Below the pieces are notes generated by a model. That model was not told the DNA's origin and did no database searches. It saw only the letters and a list, made by a program, of their open reading frames with translations. 64,000 nucleotides of DNA from Cyanidioschyzon merolae. Taxonomy: Eukaryota. Made by a program: the position numbers and the translations under genes. Shown here in pieces: positions 43,801-54,077 of this stretch (positions within the stretch are counted from its first letter, which is position 1; each line of letters opens with the position of its first letter). The DNA lies in assembly GCA_000091205.1 (NCBI GenBank), contig AP006490.2; one strand, 5' to 3'.

Positions 43801-44775
43801 AAGATATTCCAGCTGTCTCGTCGAATGGACTATTTGGATCGTGCGCTCCACGAAAAGCAGGCGACGCATCTGGATCAGGTTCACAAGGAAATGGTACGCG
43901 AATTGATTGCACGTCGGCAGTCGGCAGCAACCTGCCGTCTGCGTCAGCTGCAGGAGCAGTTTGAGAGCGATCTTGCACGCCGTGCGCGGCTGGAGAGCAT
44001 TTTTAGGGATCCGCTTTACCAGAAGGCTGTCGATCACATCAAAGAGGAGGCTCGGGCACGTGCACTGCGTGAGTGGAAGCCGCGTCAAGGCAACGGTTCT
44101 CCGAATCAACAGACGCCTATAGGCAATGTATCCGCAGAAGAAACCCCTGCAGAGCAGACACCTGGTCGCACAGCAGCAGCAGCAGCAGCAGCAGAACAAC
44201 AACGACAACAACAACAACCACGGAGCGACACTGGGTCCAATGGAGTGCCTGCTTCTGCGTACGAGGCAGCGGCGGAACATTCGCCGACAGCGACTGTCCC
44301 GTATCCCAAACAGGTGCCTCTGGCGGGTACACCCACTGGCAATACCGTGAGCGCGACTCGCTCGAGCGGCGATAACCACTCGGGGCCTGAGCGGCCGGTG
44401 CCACCCGCTGGAGAAACAGTCTCCGAACGTGAACAACAAGCGCGGCACGCACCTGCACCTGCACTTGCACCTGTAGCGCCCCGTTCTGGCATTGTGACGA
44501 TCGTTCACGCTGCGGACAAGGGTCTCCTCGGTGATCAGCCGTTTGTCACGCCATCCACGGCGACGTCAGCTGGAATCCCGGCCCCGAAAGCGACAGGAAA
44601 TGAAGAGTCGAGCCAAAGGCGTGGCTACGTACCGCCACACTTACGCCGTCAGCAACAGGCACCACAGCGTCTAGCTGCAAACCAAGAACCAGAGCAACGA
44701 GCAGGGCTAGGTGCCAGGGCCGGGCCACGGCGCGGTTTTGGCTTCACGGACTCGAATCCACGCCCGTCTTCATAG
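40810..44775 (+). CDS. Translation initiation factor eIF3 subunit A (PCI domain plus long charged coiled-coil tail), with a Gly-rich N-terminal extension
   Basis: RPILKPENALNRAEQLLAVGQKSAAHEALYTLI matches the eIF3a N-terminus (RPENALKRANE...). PCI region, then an E/R/Q-rich coiled coil (EEARRRELEAIRREMEEKEQAELRRLKAEMDARRR). Confidence 0.8.
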   Translation: MSGAYPGRYGSMSRGGGTGGGGGGGGGYGGHRGRNQRFGSRYGRPILKPENALNRAEQLLAVGQKSAAHEALYTLITEHTPINVGGREAQALVAQAQAQAQAAAQVAANAAAVAQEQDEGGARSTAAAAAAAAAAAAAAASAIQSSTSGWSKVHEGIMMRLVELSVELRRPLALKESLHRYRALCGVANTASLEAVVLHAVECSEAAVDAARTLAMESFHASAAAQSPITEDAGDAEGDGNELISEGTDDIVADEVADSDDRGNATDDDAQPAWGVEVPQTLLLEANGMLASRTRIERQLLAPTLMFAWEVFRMCLDILKNNIRVEKAYNEVAERALLFTAKFNRATEFRRLCDILRQHMAGLVRTIVRSPQSEIDQVHWPTVQRMIRIRFQQADQAMASGHWQEAYRTMDDLHELLRICTRGRSPEILAGYFERLATIFETTDNLLLHALALYKLYLVRQAAAEALQNQDPNQDADGQVPGPSSETPRDTAVRLLVATLSIPVKELSAHSKVMEVFADAATLTSFEQARQAKMLDLLQWPSAASAGSNEAWDRLISNPTKSWLIGEVISNGIEEACPEALRELLYEFIDPGLLRWKQAGKARLGTPQSLAAKAQRWFTSMHLDVGSEVAGVTGSGGVDGTGGDCTGAGAPSSKPGQSARASMMPLSRAIIAELLLRIAQYYDSFLLWELRSMVNFLPFVQVHAIVLEFLRAELVPFRLDFRKGVLYRFCRTIEQEELGDALCRIATRLQAAASTITQRASTADEHEIRILNAKEAAFPLERLEREQQRRVTQLEVLQSFLKQLDEVAQRMEREEQRQAQLEAARHAEEEKRRLAEEARRRELEAIRREMEEKEQAELRRLKAEMDARRRVGLSASGAAAGLALPSSVAGIESTAAGASLGTVGIGVDSVGGAGGPARSVWSRSGSGTAAVLSGARATSALPGVAVDSVPGIGAGAADGFTAVGADALDHDGDRLSRQELLQQQQQERLQQRKMLEQKIFQLSRRMDYLDRALHEKQATHLDQVHKEMVRELIARRQSAATCRLRQLQEQFESDLARRARLESIFRDPLYQKAVDHIKEEARARALREWKPRQGNGSPNQQTPIGNVSAEETPAEQTPGRTAAAAAAAEQQRQQQQPRSDTGSNGVPASAYEAAAEHSPTATVPYPKQVPLAGTPTGNTVSATRSSGDNHSGPERPVPPAGETVSEREQQARHAPAPALAPVAPRSGIVTIVHAADKGLLGDQPFVTPSTATSAGIPAPKATGNEESSQRRGYVPPHLRRQQQAPQRLAANQEPEQRAGLGARAGPRRGFGFTDSNPRPSS

Positions 44776-44828
44776 TCGTCGTCGTCGTCGTAGAAAGTGC
44801 TTCTCTTGGGCGCTTTCCCTCGTTACGA

Positions 44829-45713
44829 CTAGGCGGCGTCACGTCGAAGCGATCTTCGCTCGGTCTGTGCCATGAATCCCTGTCGAATCGGAGCCACCGA
44901 CCGAGAGGAGCCGCAGTTTTCGCACTTCATAAAGTAGAGCCGCGTATGGGCATCGCGCATGAGCACGGTCTCGGGGCTCTTGCAACTCGCACACATGACG
45001 TATTCGCGGATGTAACGCCGCAGCACACCCTCGAAACCAGCGGGCTGGAATCGCCCTTTGAGAACCAGACGGGCACTCTCCTGCAGATTCCCGGTGGTGC
45101 CGAGCTCAGCGGCCATGTAGGCTGCCAAGTGCTCCGGTTGTCGACGCAGTGACTGGCATATATCCCCAAAATTAAGGAAAACGGTACGCTTGGAGCCTTC
45201 TCGTGCAATCTGCGGAGGTCGTAGCGATAAGCGGCGACGACCGTCCGGGTTCCCGCCCAGACCCGGGTGCCGTCCGTGGAGCATGTCGAAGATGCGGCGA
45301 AGGAGCTCGTCGTAGGTGTAGTCACGATCCGTACCTTGCCACGGCTCCGCTGCCTCCATATTGTTTTCATGGCTAACGCTGCTGCTGGACGTCGTGATGG
45401 TGCCTGCGTTCACCGCTGTCCCGCTGTCGACAGGCGACGCCGCTCGATCGCCGTCGGATTCGACCTGGAAGTGCACGTGCCGTTCTGTCGGAGCCTGTTC
45501 CGAGTCAAGCGCAGTTGTCGTATCCCCGGCATTCGTTCCTTGTTCTACAGGTTTCTTCTTCTTCTTTTTCTTCATCGATGGGTCGAACAGCAGCGGCTCC
45601 GCTGTGTTCAAAGCAGCAGCGGTGTCCGCAGTTGCGCCGGCGCCAGTCGACGCGGACACCTCGGCAAGGTTCCCGCTCGACTCCTGGAAGGCACCATTTT
45701 CATTCGGGGGCAT
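44829..45713 (-). CDS. Translation initiation factor eIF2 beta subunit. The ORF extends to 45824, but the likely start is MPPNENG at 45713.
   Basis: Poly-Lys K-box (KKKKKKKP). LRRIFDMLHGRHP...GSKRTVFLNFGDICQSLRRQPEHLAAYMAAELGTTGNL...VMCASCKSPETVLMRDAHTRLYFMKCENCGSSRSV contains the C4 zinc finger of eIF2beta. Confidence 0.85.
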   Translation of the reverse strand: MPPNENGAFQESSGNLAEVSASTGAGATADTAAALNTAEPLLFDPSMKKKKKKKPVEQGTNAGDTTTALDSEQAPTERHVHFQVESDGDRAASPVDSGTAVNAGTITTSSSSVSHENNMEAAEPWQGTDRDYTYDELLRRIFDMLHGRHPGLGGNPDGRRRLSLRPPQIAREGSKRTVFLNFGDICQSLRRQPEHLAAYMAAELGTTGNLQESARLVLKGRFQPAGFEGVLRRYIREYVMCASCKSPETVLMRDAHTRLYFMKCENCGSSRSVAPIRQGFMAQTERRSLRRDAA

Positions 45714-45881
45714 GTTAGACGTCCAGGTGCACGTTTGGAAAACTGCTATCGAGACTTGCGGAAACGCCTGCACCGCAGTAAGCAGCTCTGTTTTTCCTCG
45801 CAGAACGCGTAGCGTACAGCGCAAAGCGTCAGCGCGGCGGTGGATGCGGCGGTGGCGGTGGCGGTGGCGGGCGCCCCGCCA

Positions 45882-45901
45882 GTGTGTGTGTGTGTGTTTG
45901 T
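45882..45901. repeat. (GT)n microsatellite, preceded by a (GCGGTG)n hexamer repeat at 45838-45870
   Basis: Direct read. Confidence 0.85.
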
Positions 45902-46900
45902 GGGTGCTACCTGGGAGCCGAGTCCTAGTGTTGACTCCCGGGCATCGCTGTGACGATGTTTACCATGAAGGTTGTGATTCCTGGAATATCTATAACAGGG
46001 CTGGTGCTTGCCTCCGATAGTTTTTTCTCGATGGTATGCCCTCAAAGGAGCATATCGTGTAGACTGGGGTACCGCCATGGGGAAGCTGGATGCTAGAGCT
46101 GCTCTCTAGAATAAACCGAACTATTTTTTGATTTTTGTTGTGCATACGCGAGAAGCGTGCATTTGGGCACCTGTTCATGGAGTTGGAAAAGGAAACGACA
46201 GATACGTTGCGTCGCTTGGTGGTAGCGTATGGCGCTGGATTGCTAACGATCGGGAACAATTGCAGCACACCTGCACCGTTGACGTGCGTGTCCAATGCGT
46301 GCAAGCATCGATGCTGCACGATTCCCATCGATGTGTTCAGAATGCTATACAAGTATCACAAGCAACATTGCACGCTGAAACAGGTGGACCATACCTGCGT
46401 GAAACAGAGCTGGATGCACGGAATGGAGTGCGGCAAGCGGAGCGAACGTCAGACGGCGAGGCAGTGGAAGGTGACCGGCATTCTACGCTGCGATTCTCTG
46501 ACACCTAGTGCATGGTATCACTGTCTGCTCCGAAACTTGACCCTATAAGATCAACGTCCGGTAATATCTTGTGTTTTCAGAGCGTCCAGCGGCTTTACGT
46601 CGAGCGCGCTTACCAGGGAATATGGGAGTACTCAGTATAGGCAGTGGTGTGAAGCGCGGAAGACTTGTGACTAAAAAATCAATGTGCTGGAGAAAGTGAT
46701 TGGAAACTCGTCTAGTGCGAGACACTGGTATCAGGTGGTTCAACAATCAAGCCCGAAAAACTGAAGCGCCGTCGATGCATACTCGGAACCATTTTCCTGC
46801 GCAACTGGTGTACCACACCATCGTGATCCATCATGATTCGATAGATACCAGGGAAAAGGCCTTGTGTACGTTGGGCACGTTCGCGTTTTGCTGCTGAACC

Positions 46901-47629
46901 GTGTGTGGGGCTCGTTGGTCTCGTAGGGAACCGGAGGATGGACGCGGGGAGCAGGTCGGTTTCCAAGAGATGGACCTAGAGAGTGAGTGGCGAGAAAATC
47001 CACACGAAACTGCGCGGTTCGAAGTGCTGCTCGAGCGCGTACTCGGCAACGGCACTGACTCGGACACTGTGACGACTCCTGAACCGTCGTTGAAGGTACC
47101 AGCTTCCTCGTTGCGGTTGCAGCTGGCTCCACAAGCTGGCGAAAGACTTGACTGGGAATCAGAGGCGGACGCTGCACACCACAGAGGAAACGAGGCGTTT
47201 CGCGCGCGTTTCCTGTACTACGCGTGGCTCGAGTACACCCGTGCGTTGCTCTCTAAACCAACGAACGCAGCTGTGTATGCGAATCGAGCGCAGGTAGATT
47301 TGCTGCTGGCACAATCCGTTCCCGAACATTCGCTATCAACTGCTGTTGACTGGTACCAGCAAGCGCGGCGAGACGCACGACACGCGTGGGGTTGCCTCGG
47401 CGGGAGCGTTACCGCTGAAGGCAACCCTGACTGGGACGAGCGCTCTGCCACCGCGTCTATCCCTGAACCCAAACTAGCCCGTTTGCGATGGAAGGTGTGT
47501 TTACGGTACGCAGCAGCGGCTCGCGGACTAGGTTTGGTGGCTGAGGCAGACGCCGCAGCTGCGAGCGCCCAGCGCCTGAAACTTGCTGCGCGAGCGTCTC
47601 AGCAACGACAGCGAAACGCAAGCTTCTAG
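46901..47629 (+). CDS. Hypothetical protein with a TPR-like repeat
   Basis: HHRGNEAFRARFLYYAWLEYTRALLSKPTNAAVYANRAQ resembles a TPR unit. Otherwise unassigned. Confidence 0.3.
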   Translation: MCGARWSRREPEDGRGEQVGFQEMDLESEWRENPHETARFEVLLERVLGNGTDSDTVTTPEPSLKVPASSLRLQLAPQAGERLDWESEADAAHHRGNEAFRARFLYYAWLEYTRALLSKPTNAAVYANRAQVDLLLAQSVPEHSLSTAVDWYQQARRDARHAWGCLGGSVTAEGNPDWDERSATASIPEPKLARLRWKVCLRYAAAARGLGLVAEADAAAASAQRLKLAARASQQRQRNASF

Positions 47630-49429
47630 CGTATGGAAGAGCGCTGCGAATGGGCCGTTTGCTGATCCAGCGAAACCTGGTTGCATCTGCCGAAACCCAG
47701 ACGGCAACGCGTGACTTGACTCTTGCGATACCCCGAGCTGTGGATGAGGTCTGGGATCGCGTGCTCAGGATTCGTGTCAGTGGCGGCGCTTGTGTGCGAC
47801 ACGTGTGGACGCGCATCTGAGCATACTCGTGAAAGGCAACTGGCACAGAGAGCCCAGCTCGGCACCTGGCGAAGACTAATACCGCCGTCTCCGCAAGTCG
47901 TCGATGTGCCTTTCCTGGTATCAGCGAACGATACAGCGGTTTGCAACGCCTTCAAGTCCATGCATTGTACATGTATGCCGCACGGTGCAGAGTAGGATAG
48001 CCTAGTATTTCACGAGTTTGTTGCCCGACGCCGTCGATACCGACATGACTTTATATCGTGCGAGGACGTGCACCCGAACCTGCGGATTCTTGGCGAGGCC
48101 ATACCGCCGGTGTCAAGGCCCGCGTCATCGCCTGAGGCCGTTCGGTATGCGCTGCGACAGGTGTTGGCGGGATCATAGATCATTTGGGAGCACACGTCTT
48201 TCCATCCACATTCCGAGTGCCATTCCATTGATCAAACGCTATGAAGGAATAGAGTCGATGCTTCGATCAAGAATAACCGAGTATGCGGGCGCTCTCAAGC
48301 AGCAAGCAGTACATGACAGCGTACGCGCCAACTGCGCGTCTCGAATGGCTGCGTACCGAAGCTGTCGGCAGGAGGCGGTCGTGCCGCGATACCCGCGATT
48401 CCGGTCTATGGTCGCCGCCGTTGCCTTTTGGTGCCAAGTGCGGTGCCTCTAGCTGACACGTGCGTCCCGAAGACCCTGGTTCAACGCATACGTTACAAAA
48501 CCGAAAAAATTGGTAGGTTTCGCACCGCCACCAACGGCTGGTCGCTCGTTGGCTTCACCAGGGCCGCACCACGCGCTCAGTTGGCCACCTGCACCGAGGC
48601 CTCGGACGCTCACGAGCGCTCGGAAACGCTTCGGAGGAGCTGCTCTTCTCAACAGTTGACAGAGGGGCTTGCGAACTGTGCGGATGCAGTTATGTGCTTG
48701 TTTCCTACGCGAGTTGCTTGCGTGCGCGTGACGGAGGCGTTCTGTCACGGACACGGCGGGTTTTACCCGGCCGCAGCGCTGCTCGACCAAATCGTCGCAC
48801 TGATCGAAAGATGGCAACCCGGCTCGAAAGCAAACTTGCGAGGCGTCAACAGCCTGGTTGGTGGTTCACCCACAGGCACCTCGTGGACCGCTGAGGCTTC
48901 GTTGGTTGACAACCCCCAAACCGGGGCCCGGAGCACCGCGGTCACCTGCTCTCGGGGAAAGCGGCCGCTACTCCCCGAACGTATCAGTTCGGCAAACACC
49001 CCGTTTGAACTCGTGCAGGCACGCTTTCGGGAGATCGTACGACCACCATGTGATCTGGTTTTACGAATTGAGCGACACGAGGACGGTCCGCGAGGTCGCA
49101 TGGTATTCGTGACGGCTCGTAGCGCGTCACGACTAGTCGCGGATGTATGCTTCATGTTGCCCGCAGGGTCAGCGTAGAGCGTCATGCAATCCTCCAGGAG
49201 GAGCGCTTTGGTGTACGCGCACCAGCTGCTGCACGTGCACAAGGCGAGCAGCTGTTTCATCTGCGCATATAGCACTGAGGCCAAGCTCCTGGCCCGATGC
49301 ATAGAGCATGCGTATCTCTATGTCAGCATTGGGGTTGCTGCACGCCCTGGACACGCCATCACGTAAAAGCGCCTGTTCTGAATGGTGCTCGCTATGGCTC
49401 TGCTACCGTAATCGCAGTTCCCCGGTAGC

Positions 49430-50272
49430 TTATCGCTTGTCAAGCAGCAAACGACGATTACGATACCATCCGAGGAACCCAAGCGCAGCACTCAATGTGA
49501 ACCAGGTCATACTGTATCCAGCGTGTGTCTCCGGTGAAATGTAGAACTGACAGAGTTCAGCGGTTAACGGGCGGGAGACGGACAAGTCGTGGAGCGGATC
49601 GTTTTGCGCAGTCTCTCCTGGGATGGTGCTTGCCGGCTCTGCGAGCTCCGCAAGCAGCAGCTCGCCCCCAAGATCGGTAGGATCAAGACGAAACCACTTG
49701 TGCTCCGCGGGGTGGTTGCGAGGTATAAAGAATGTCGAGCGCTCTGTTTTCTGCAGAACGGCAATCAAGCTGTTCTGGTGTTCAACGTGACCGGTGAGGT
49801 TTTCCTCGACCTGCCGAACACGCTGCCAGTACTCATTGACTTCCAAGCGCGGAATCCAGCCCCGATTGACGAGGACAGGCCAGTTTATCAAACCGCCGTC
49901 CAGTTGAGGCACGTTCGGCTGTTCCGTGCCCGCCACACGGAAAGGTGTTACGACAAAATAGCCGTATGGATCAGCCGCAGACGCTTGTGCTCCTTGGTCG
50001 CCGCGTGGGCAGGGACGCGGCCCGACTAGACGAGTTTCGTGGTGAACCCACTCGCCCTGCAAACGAACCAACCGATAGGGTTGTGTTTCGAGTGTTCCCC
50101 TGTCCTGTGAAAAGATAGACTCATCGAGCGGTGGAAGTGCAACTTGCTCCCTGCAATCGTTGAGTTGTTCGATTTTCTCTCGACGACGATCGAGCTGCCA
50201 CAGTCCAAGACCAAGCGTTATACTCGCTGGTACATAGGAAATCAGTCTGCTCCATGCTCGAGGGTAAATCAT
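49430..50272 (-). CDS. SURF1: SURF1/Shy1 cytochrome c oxidase assembly protein
   Basis: LGLGLWQLDRRREK, GYFVVTPFRV, VNRGWIPRL and THAGYSMTWFTLSAALGFLGW are SURF1 family signatures. Two terminal TM segments. Confidence 0.8.
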   Translation of the reverse strand: MIYPRAWSRLISYVPASITLGLGLWQLDRRREKIEQLNDCREQVALPPLDESIFSQDRGTLETQPYRLVRLQGEWVHHETRLVGPRPCPRGDQGAQASAADPYGYFVVTPFRVAGTEQPNVPQLDGGLINWPVLVNRGWIPRLEVNEYWQRVRQVEENLTGHVEHQNSLIAVLQKTERSTFFIPRNHPAEHKWFRLDPTDLGGELLLAELAEPASTIPGETAQNDPLHDLSVSRPLTAELCQFYISPETHAGYSMTWFTLSAALGFLGWYRNRRLLLDKR

Positions 50273-51399
50273 GCACGAGAGCCAAAAACCCCTGCCGCAT
50301 CACAGGGAGAAGCGCAGTCAACGCATTGTTGAACGTGCTCGCTGGCTGGGCGTGCTGTCGCCGCAGGACGCCGCCGCAGGAGCGCCAGCGCTCTGAACGC
50401 TGCCCGCAGGCCCTGCGGATACCCGGCACGCTTCTGGTGTGTATCGGGCAAAACAGGACGCTGAAACAGACCACAAACCGTTGCAAGGAACCGCAGCTGC
50501 AATGACGGAGACGACCTACGCGAGTCGAGTGTCCGGTGGAGGCGAGCTCATCCAGAAAAAAAAGCGTCTGCATGCGCAGTTGCTTCGATGCGGCGAGCTG
50601 TTCAACGAGTCCTAGGCGGAAACGCGTCTGTTGTCGTCGTTGCTGCATCCATGAAGTGCGATACCAGTATTGTCGTGGAAGCTGCACCCGCACACTGACT
50701 CCATGCATGCGCTTTGCGTTCACGAAACACGCTCGGGGAGCGGGTTGCGGCGGTGAACACGAATCGAAGGGACGTTGGTCATGTGCAAGTGGTACTGAGC
50801 AGCACAGGCGTCGCTACTTTGGTGCACGAGCGCGAGTGTCCAGATCGGATAGCGTTCCCGCGGACGTAGCGGGCAGCAGTGCGTATCGCGCTACCCACAA
50901 GTGCGTCGACGAGGTACCCGAAGGCGAGCAGCATGCCGTCGAGGTGCGCCCTAGGAGCAAGTGTACTCGCGCGCGCTCTCTCTCTCGCTCTCAAGTCGCA
51001 GGCAATGGATCCAGGAACGTGCGCTAGTCCGCGTATCTCTGCCGGCTCTGTTGACAGCATCGATTGTATACACCAGGATACGATTGGTTGCTTCGCTAAA
51101 CAAACTTTCAAAACAATGGAACACTGGCGCAGGCGTCAGGGCGTCGCGCACTGCAGCATAAGGGAAGAGTGCTTTTGGAGTCACTGCTGCAACATATGGA
51201 AATAAGGACTCCAGGTCGACTCGCGTAGCATGGCTGCGGTAAGGCCTGCCGCCCGCCATGCGCCTCTTCTGCCTCGTACGCAGCGGCGTTCGGACGCCGA
51301 ATTCTCGCGTCCAGTTCTTTTTTTCAGATTCCAAAACGTTTACATTGACCATGCGTCCCAGAATTCGCAATGGATAATGGCGCTCGGGAAAGCGTCCAT

Positions 51400-51950
51400 C
51401 ATGAAGCACCAGCCTTCAAGTTCCATTACCCATACTTCCTCTCGGATAGACTGGTCGTTACGTATATTCTATCGTGTGCCGAGTGTCTGCCTCGAGCACC
51501 CGCCATAGCGCTTATATACCGCTGAAGCAGGTGCTGCACGGAGACAGAACGGCGCTGCCGTACCAGTCAGGGCGTCGGCTCGAGGCGTGATTCATCCGAC
51601 GCGGGGTCCGGGAACATAACCATTCTAGGAGCCTGCGACAGTGCGAACCGATCTACTAGGAGTCCACTGCGACCAGGGCGACGCCCGGATGCAGCTTTAC
51701 TGCGTCTATTCCCAGAATGAAATGCGTTGTAGAGGAGCTGCGCACGTCTCGCCACAGCACCTGCCACAGAGATAAGCATGAAGCACTAGCTAGCCCTGCA
51801 GACTCGTCCGGCTCGCGGGACCTTCCGCCGAGAAGGTAAACCTTCGAAGATACGGAAGCTTTTCCCCTATCAACGCTTATCATACAGGTCGAACGAAACT
51901 GTTATCGAGTTGCTAGTCAGTGGTTAGATTCTGTTCTTTCTTCCCCAGGA
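51400..51950 (+). repeat. Rep1 copy B: solo copy of the 5' module of the Fanzor-like family, ending ~50 bp upstream of the DEP/DUF547 ORF
   Basis: Colinear with 17400-17950 over its full length. Confidence 0.7.
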
Positions 51951-51999
51951 GAGTGCTCGCAGCTCAGGGGCAGGCACCCTCGCATCCACTGCTGCTGCA

Positions 52000-53637
52000 A
52001 TGCGATTCGCAGACCCGAAGCCGCAGGCGTCGATACAGACACCGTGCTGCGCCAGCCAGTCGCAGCCTGCTCGCTTCGAGGCGATACCACGTCCAGCGAG
52101 CCAGTCGTGCAGCGCGGGAGGCAAAGCGGTTTCCATGGCTCCCGCCAAGAGCGACGAGCAAGTGGTGCCAGACGTGGCTTCCGAACGAGGCACACCGCAG
52201 AGAACAAGTCTGGAAAGCTTGTTCGAGGAAGAGTCGCTCGCACAGGGAGAAAGGGTACGTTCGCAGGTATCCCGCCTGGGGCTGCGTCGAGCACCTCCCC
52301 TGGCTAGTCAAGGCGACGAAAGCATAGAAACTGCTGCGAGCCTTCCTGAGACGGAGGTTGAGTCTTCCGTCCAGACAGAGAGCAGGCAACGCAGCGAAAG
52401 CGTTGGCGTCACCGTGGACCTGGAGCAGGTCTATAACCGGTTGCGCGACTCGCAGACGGGTCTGCAGCTTGCTGACCGCCGCTGGCGACTAATCACGTAT
52501 TCCCGCTGCTTCGTCGGATCCGAGGCGGTTCAGTGGATGCAGATCAACCTGGGAATATCTCGTGAAGAGGCCATTGACCTGGGCCAGCGACTGATGGATG
52601 CTGGTTTGTTTCACCACGTGACCTACTCGGAGCCGTTTCGTGATGGAAACTTCTTTTACGCTTTCCAAGAGGACGAGGAATCGAACGTTCTGAATACGAA
52701 ACTAATATGGGATCCGACACGGCGGCCACGGGACCCGGTTGTCGTGGCAAAAGAGCTGATTACCCGCCTTGCGCTGCTCTGCGAGGTCTTTCGCCATCCA
52801 TCCAATGCGAACGAGGTCGACTTTGAAAGTCTCCGGTCGAGTGACGCGTTTCGCAAGTACACCTTTGCGGCAGCTGAACTCCAGCGGGTCGATTTAGGGC
52901 CGCTCAGCCCGGAAGAGCGCCTCTGCTTCTTTTGCAATGTGTACAACGCGCTCTGCCTGCATGCTCACGTCGTCCATGGACCACCGAATACCGTGCTTCG
53001 GCGATGGAGCTTCTTCAAGTCGCTTAGCTACCGAATAGCGGGAATGGACTTTACCCTTGATGACATTGAACACGGTGTTTTGCGCGGGAATCAAACCCGT
53101 CCCTATGGCTTGATCCGACAGTTCCGGCCGGGCGACCCCCGCATGCAGTACGTGCTGAGTCGCCGCGACCCGCGCATCCATTTTGTGATCAGCGCGGGTA
53201 CGCAGAGCGATCCGCCCATGCGCATTCTCGATGGCGAGAATATCGATGAAGAACTTCACTTTGCCACAGAATCGTTTCTCGAAGAGAGTTGCAAGGTATC
53301 CGCATCTGCTCTTGAGGTGACGTTGCCGCGAATTTTTTCTTGGTATCGAGACGACTTTGCCAAGGGGAATCTTGAGCTTTTACGATGGATTTTGCCGTAC
53401 CTGGGTCTGGAGAAGCGGCGAGCGCTGGAGTCGATGCTTGACAATGCCAAGAGTGACTCGAGCATATCGATACGATACGAGGCATTCACCTGGAATGCAG
53501 GGGCCCGCTTCAGTGCTGCCATTGTTCGCCGCAAACGCAGACGATTGGAGCAGGAGCGGGCGTCATCGCAGCCGCCTGCCGACGAGGAACCTGCTGCGGC
53601 TACTGCCGCAAGCCCTGTTTCGAGCAAGCCAGCGTAA
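52000..53637 (+). CDS. DEP-domain plus DUF547-domain protein. Alternative start at ATG 52135.
   Basis: DEP-like RWRLITYSRCFVGSEAVQWMQINLGISREEAIDLGQRLMDAGLFHHV. DUF547-like LCFFCNVYNALCLHAHVVHGPPNTVLRRWSFFKSLSYRIAGMDFTLDDIEHGVLRGN. Confidence 0.7.
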   Translation: MRFADPKPQASIQTPCCASQSQPARFEAIPRPASQSCSAGGKAVSMAPAKSDEQVVPDVASERGTPQRTSLESLFEEESLAQGERVRSQVSRLGLRRAPPLASQGDESIETAASLPETEVESSVQTESRQRSESVGVTVDLEQVYNRLRDSQTGLQLADRRWRLITYSRCFVGSEAVQWMQINLGISREEAIDLGQRLMDAGLFHHVTYSEPFRDGNFFYAFQEDEESNVLNTKLIWDPTRRPRDPVVVAKELITRLALLCEVFRHPSNANEVDFESLRSSDAFRKYTFAAAELQRVDLGPLSPEERLCFFCNVYNALCLHAHVVHGPPNTVLRRWSFFKSLSYRIAGMDFTLDDIEHGVLRGNQTRPYGLIRQFRPGDPRMQYVLSRRDPRIHFVISAGTQSDPPMRILDGENIDEELHFATESFLEESCKVSASALEVTLPRIFSWYRDDFAKGNLELLRWILPYLGLEKRRALESMLDNAKSDSSISIRYEAFTWNAGARFSAAIVRRKRRRLEQERASSQPPADEEPAAATAASPVSSKPA

Positions 53638-53654
53638 ATACGCGCTCATCACTC

Positions 53655-54077
53655 CTACGACGCAGAAGTCTTTGTTTCAGATCGGAGTCGTCCCAGTTCA
53701 TGTTTGATGAGCTGGCTGCGTCGCTTCCTTGCAACCATCACGCGAAACCGATCAAAGTCGGTTAACCGGGCACGCACTCGTTGCTTTTCAACCTTTTGAC
53801 CCCATGCAGTTTCCCGGAAACGCTGCACAGCCTGCTGCGCCTCAAGAGCTTTCCGTACGACGCTCGTTTTGCAAGCACGAGGCAACTTAACGACCACGTC
53901 CGTCAACTTCAAGCGCTTCACGTTGATGACCGTACGAGGGACTCCGGAGTCGGCCGTGGCATCAATCACAACATGACCCTGATCCTGGATATCCACGATA
54001 ACACAGATCTTGTCAGCATGCTCACCGTAGCTGATAATACACAGTCGGCCAACTTCCACAAACCTTTTGAAAGCCAT
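53655..54077 (-). CDS. RPL14: 60S ribosomal protein L14e
   Basis: MAFKRFVEVGRLCIISYGEHADKICVIVDIQDQGHVVIDA shows the KOW-like N-terminus of eL14. Basic C-terminal tail. Convergent with the DEP gene, 17 bp apart. Confidence 0.8.
   Translation of the reverse strand: MAFKRFVEVGRLCIISYGEHADKICVIVDIQDQGHVVIDATADSGVPRTVINVKRLKLTDVVVKLPRACKTSVVRKALEAQQAVQRFRETAWGQKVEKQRVRARLTDFDRFRVMVARKRRSQLIKHELGRLRSETKTSAS

Noticed and set aside
40830-44300. Triplet-repeat tracts inside eIF3a ((GGT)n at 40850-40900, (GCN)n Ala-run at 41180-41240, (CAG/CAA)n at 44165-44225) as independent microsatellite features
   Set aside because: They are in frame and encode Gly, Ala and Gln/Asn low-complexity segments of the protein. 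They are noted here rather than listed as separate repeats.
43507-44508. Long antisense ORFs inside confidently assigned genes: 43507-44508 (-), 42987-43691 (-), 25080-25955 (-), 28271-28993 (-), 36743-37402 (-), 31542-32066 (-), 54420-55571 (-), 59405-60235 (-) and 18879-19478 (-)
   Set aside because: Each lies opposite an ORF with strong family-level homology. The antisense ORFs are low-complexity (R/A/S/C-rich), as expected from stop-codon depletion on the antisense strand of GC-rich coding DNA.
48428-49302. ORF 48428-49177 (+, 249 aa) and overlapping antisense ORF 48763-49302 (-, 179 aa), downstream of SURF1, as genes
   Set aside because: No recognisable motifs in either. They are mutually exclusive and GC-rich. 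They are left unannotated rather than guessed.
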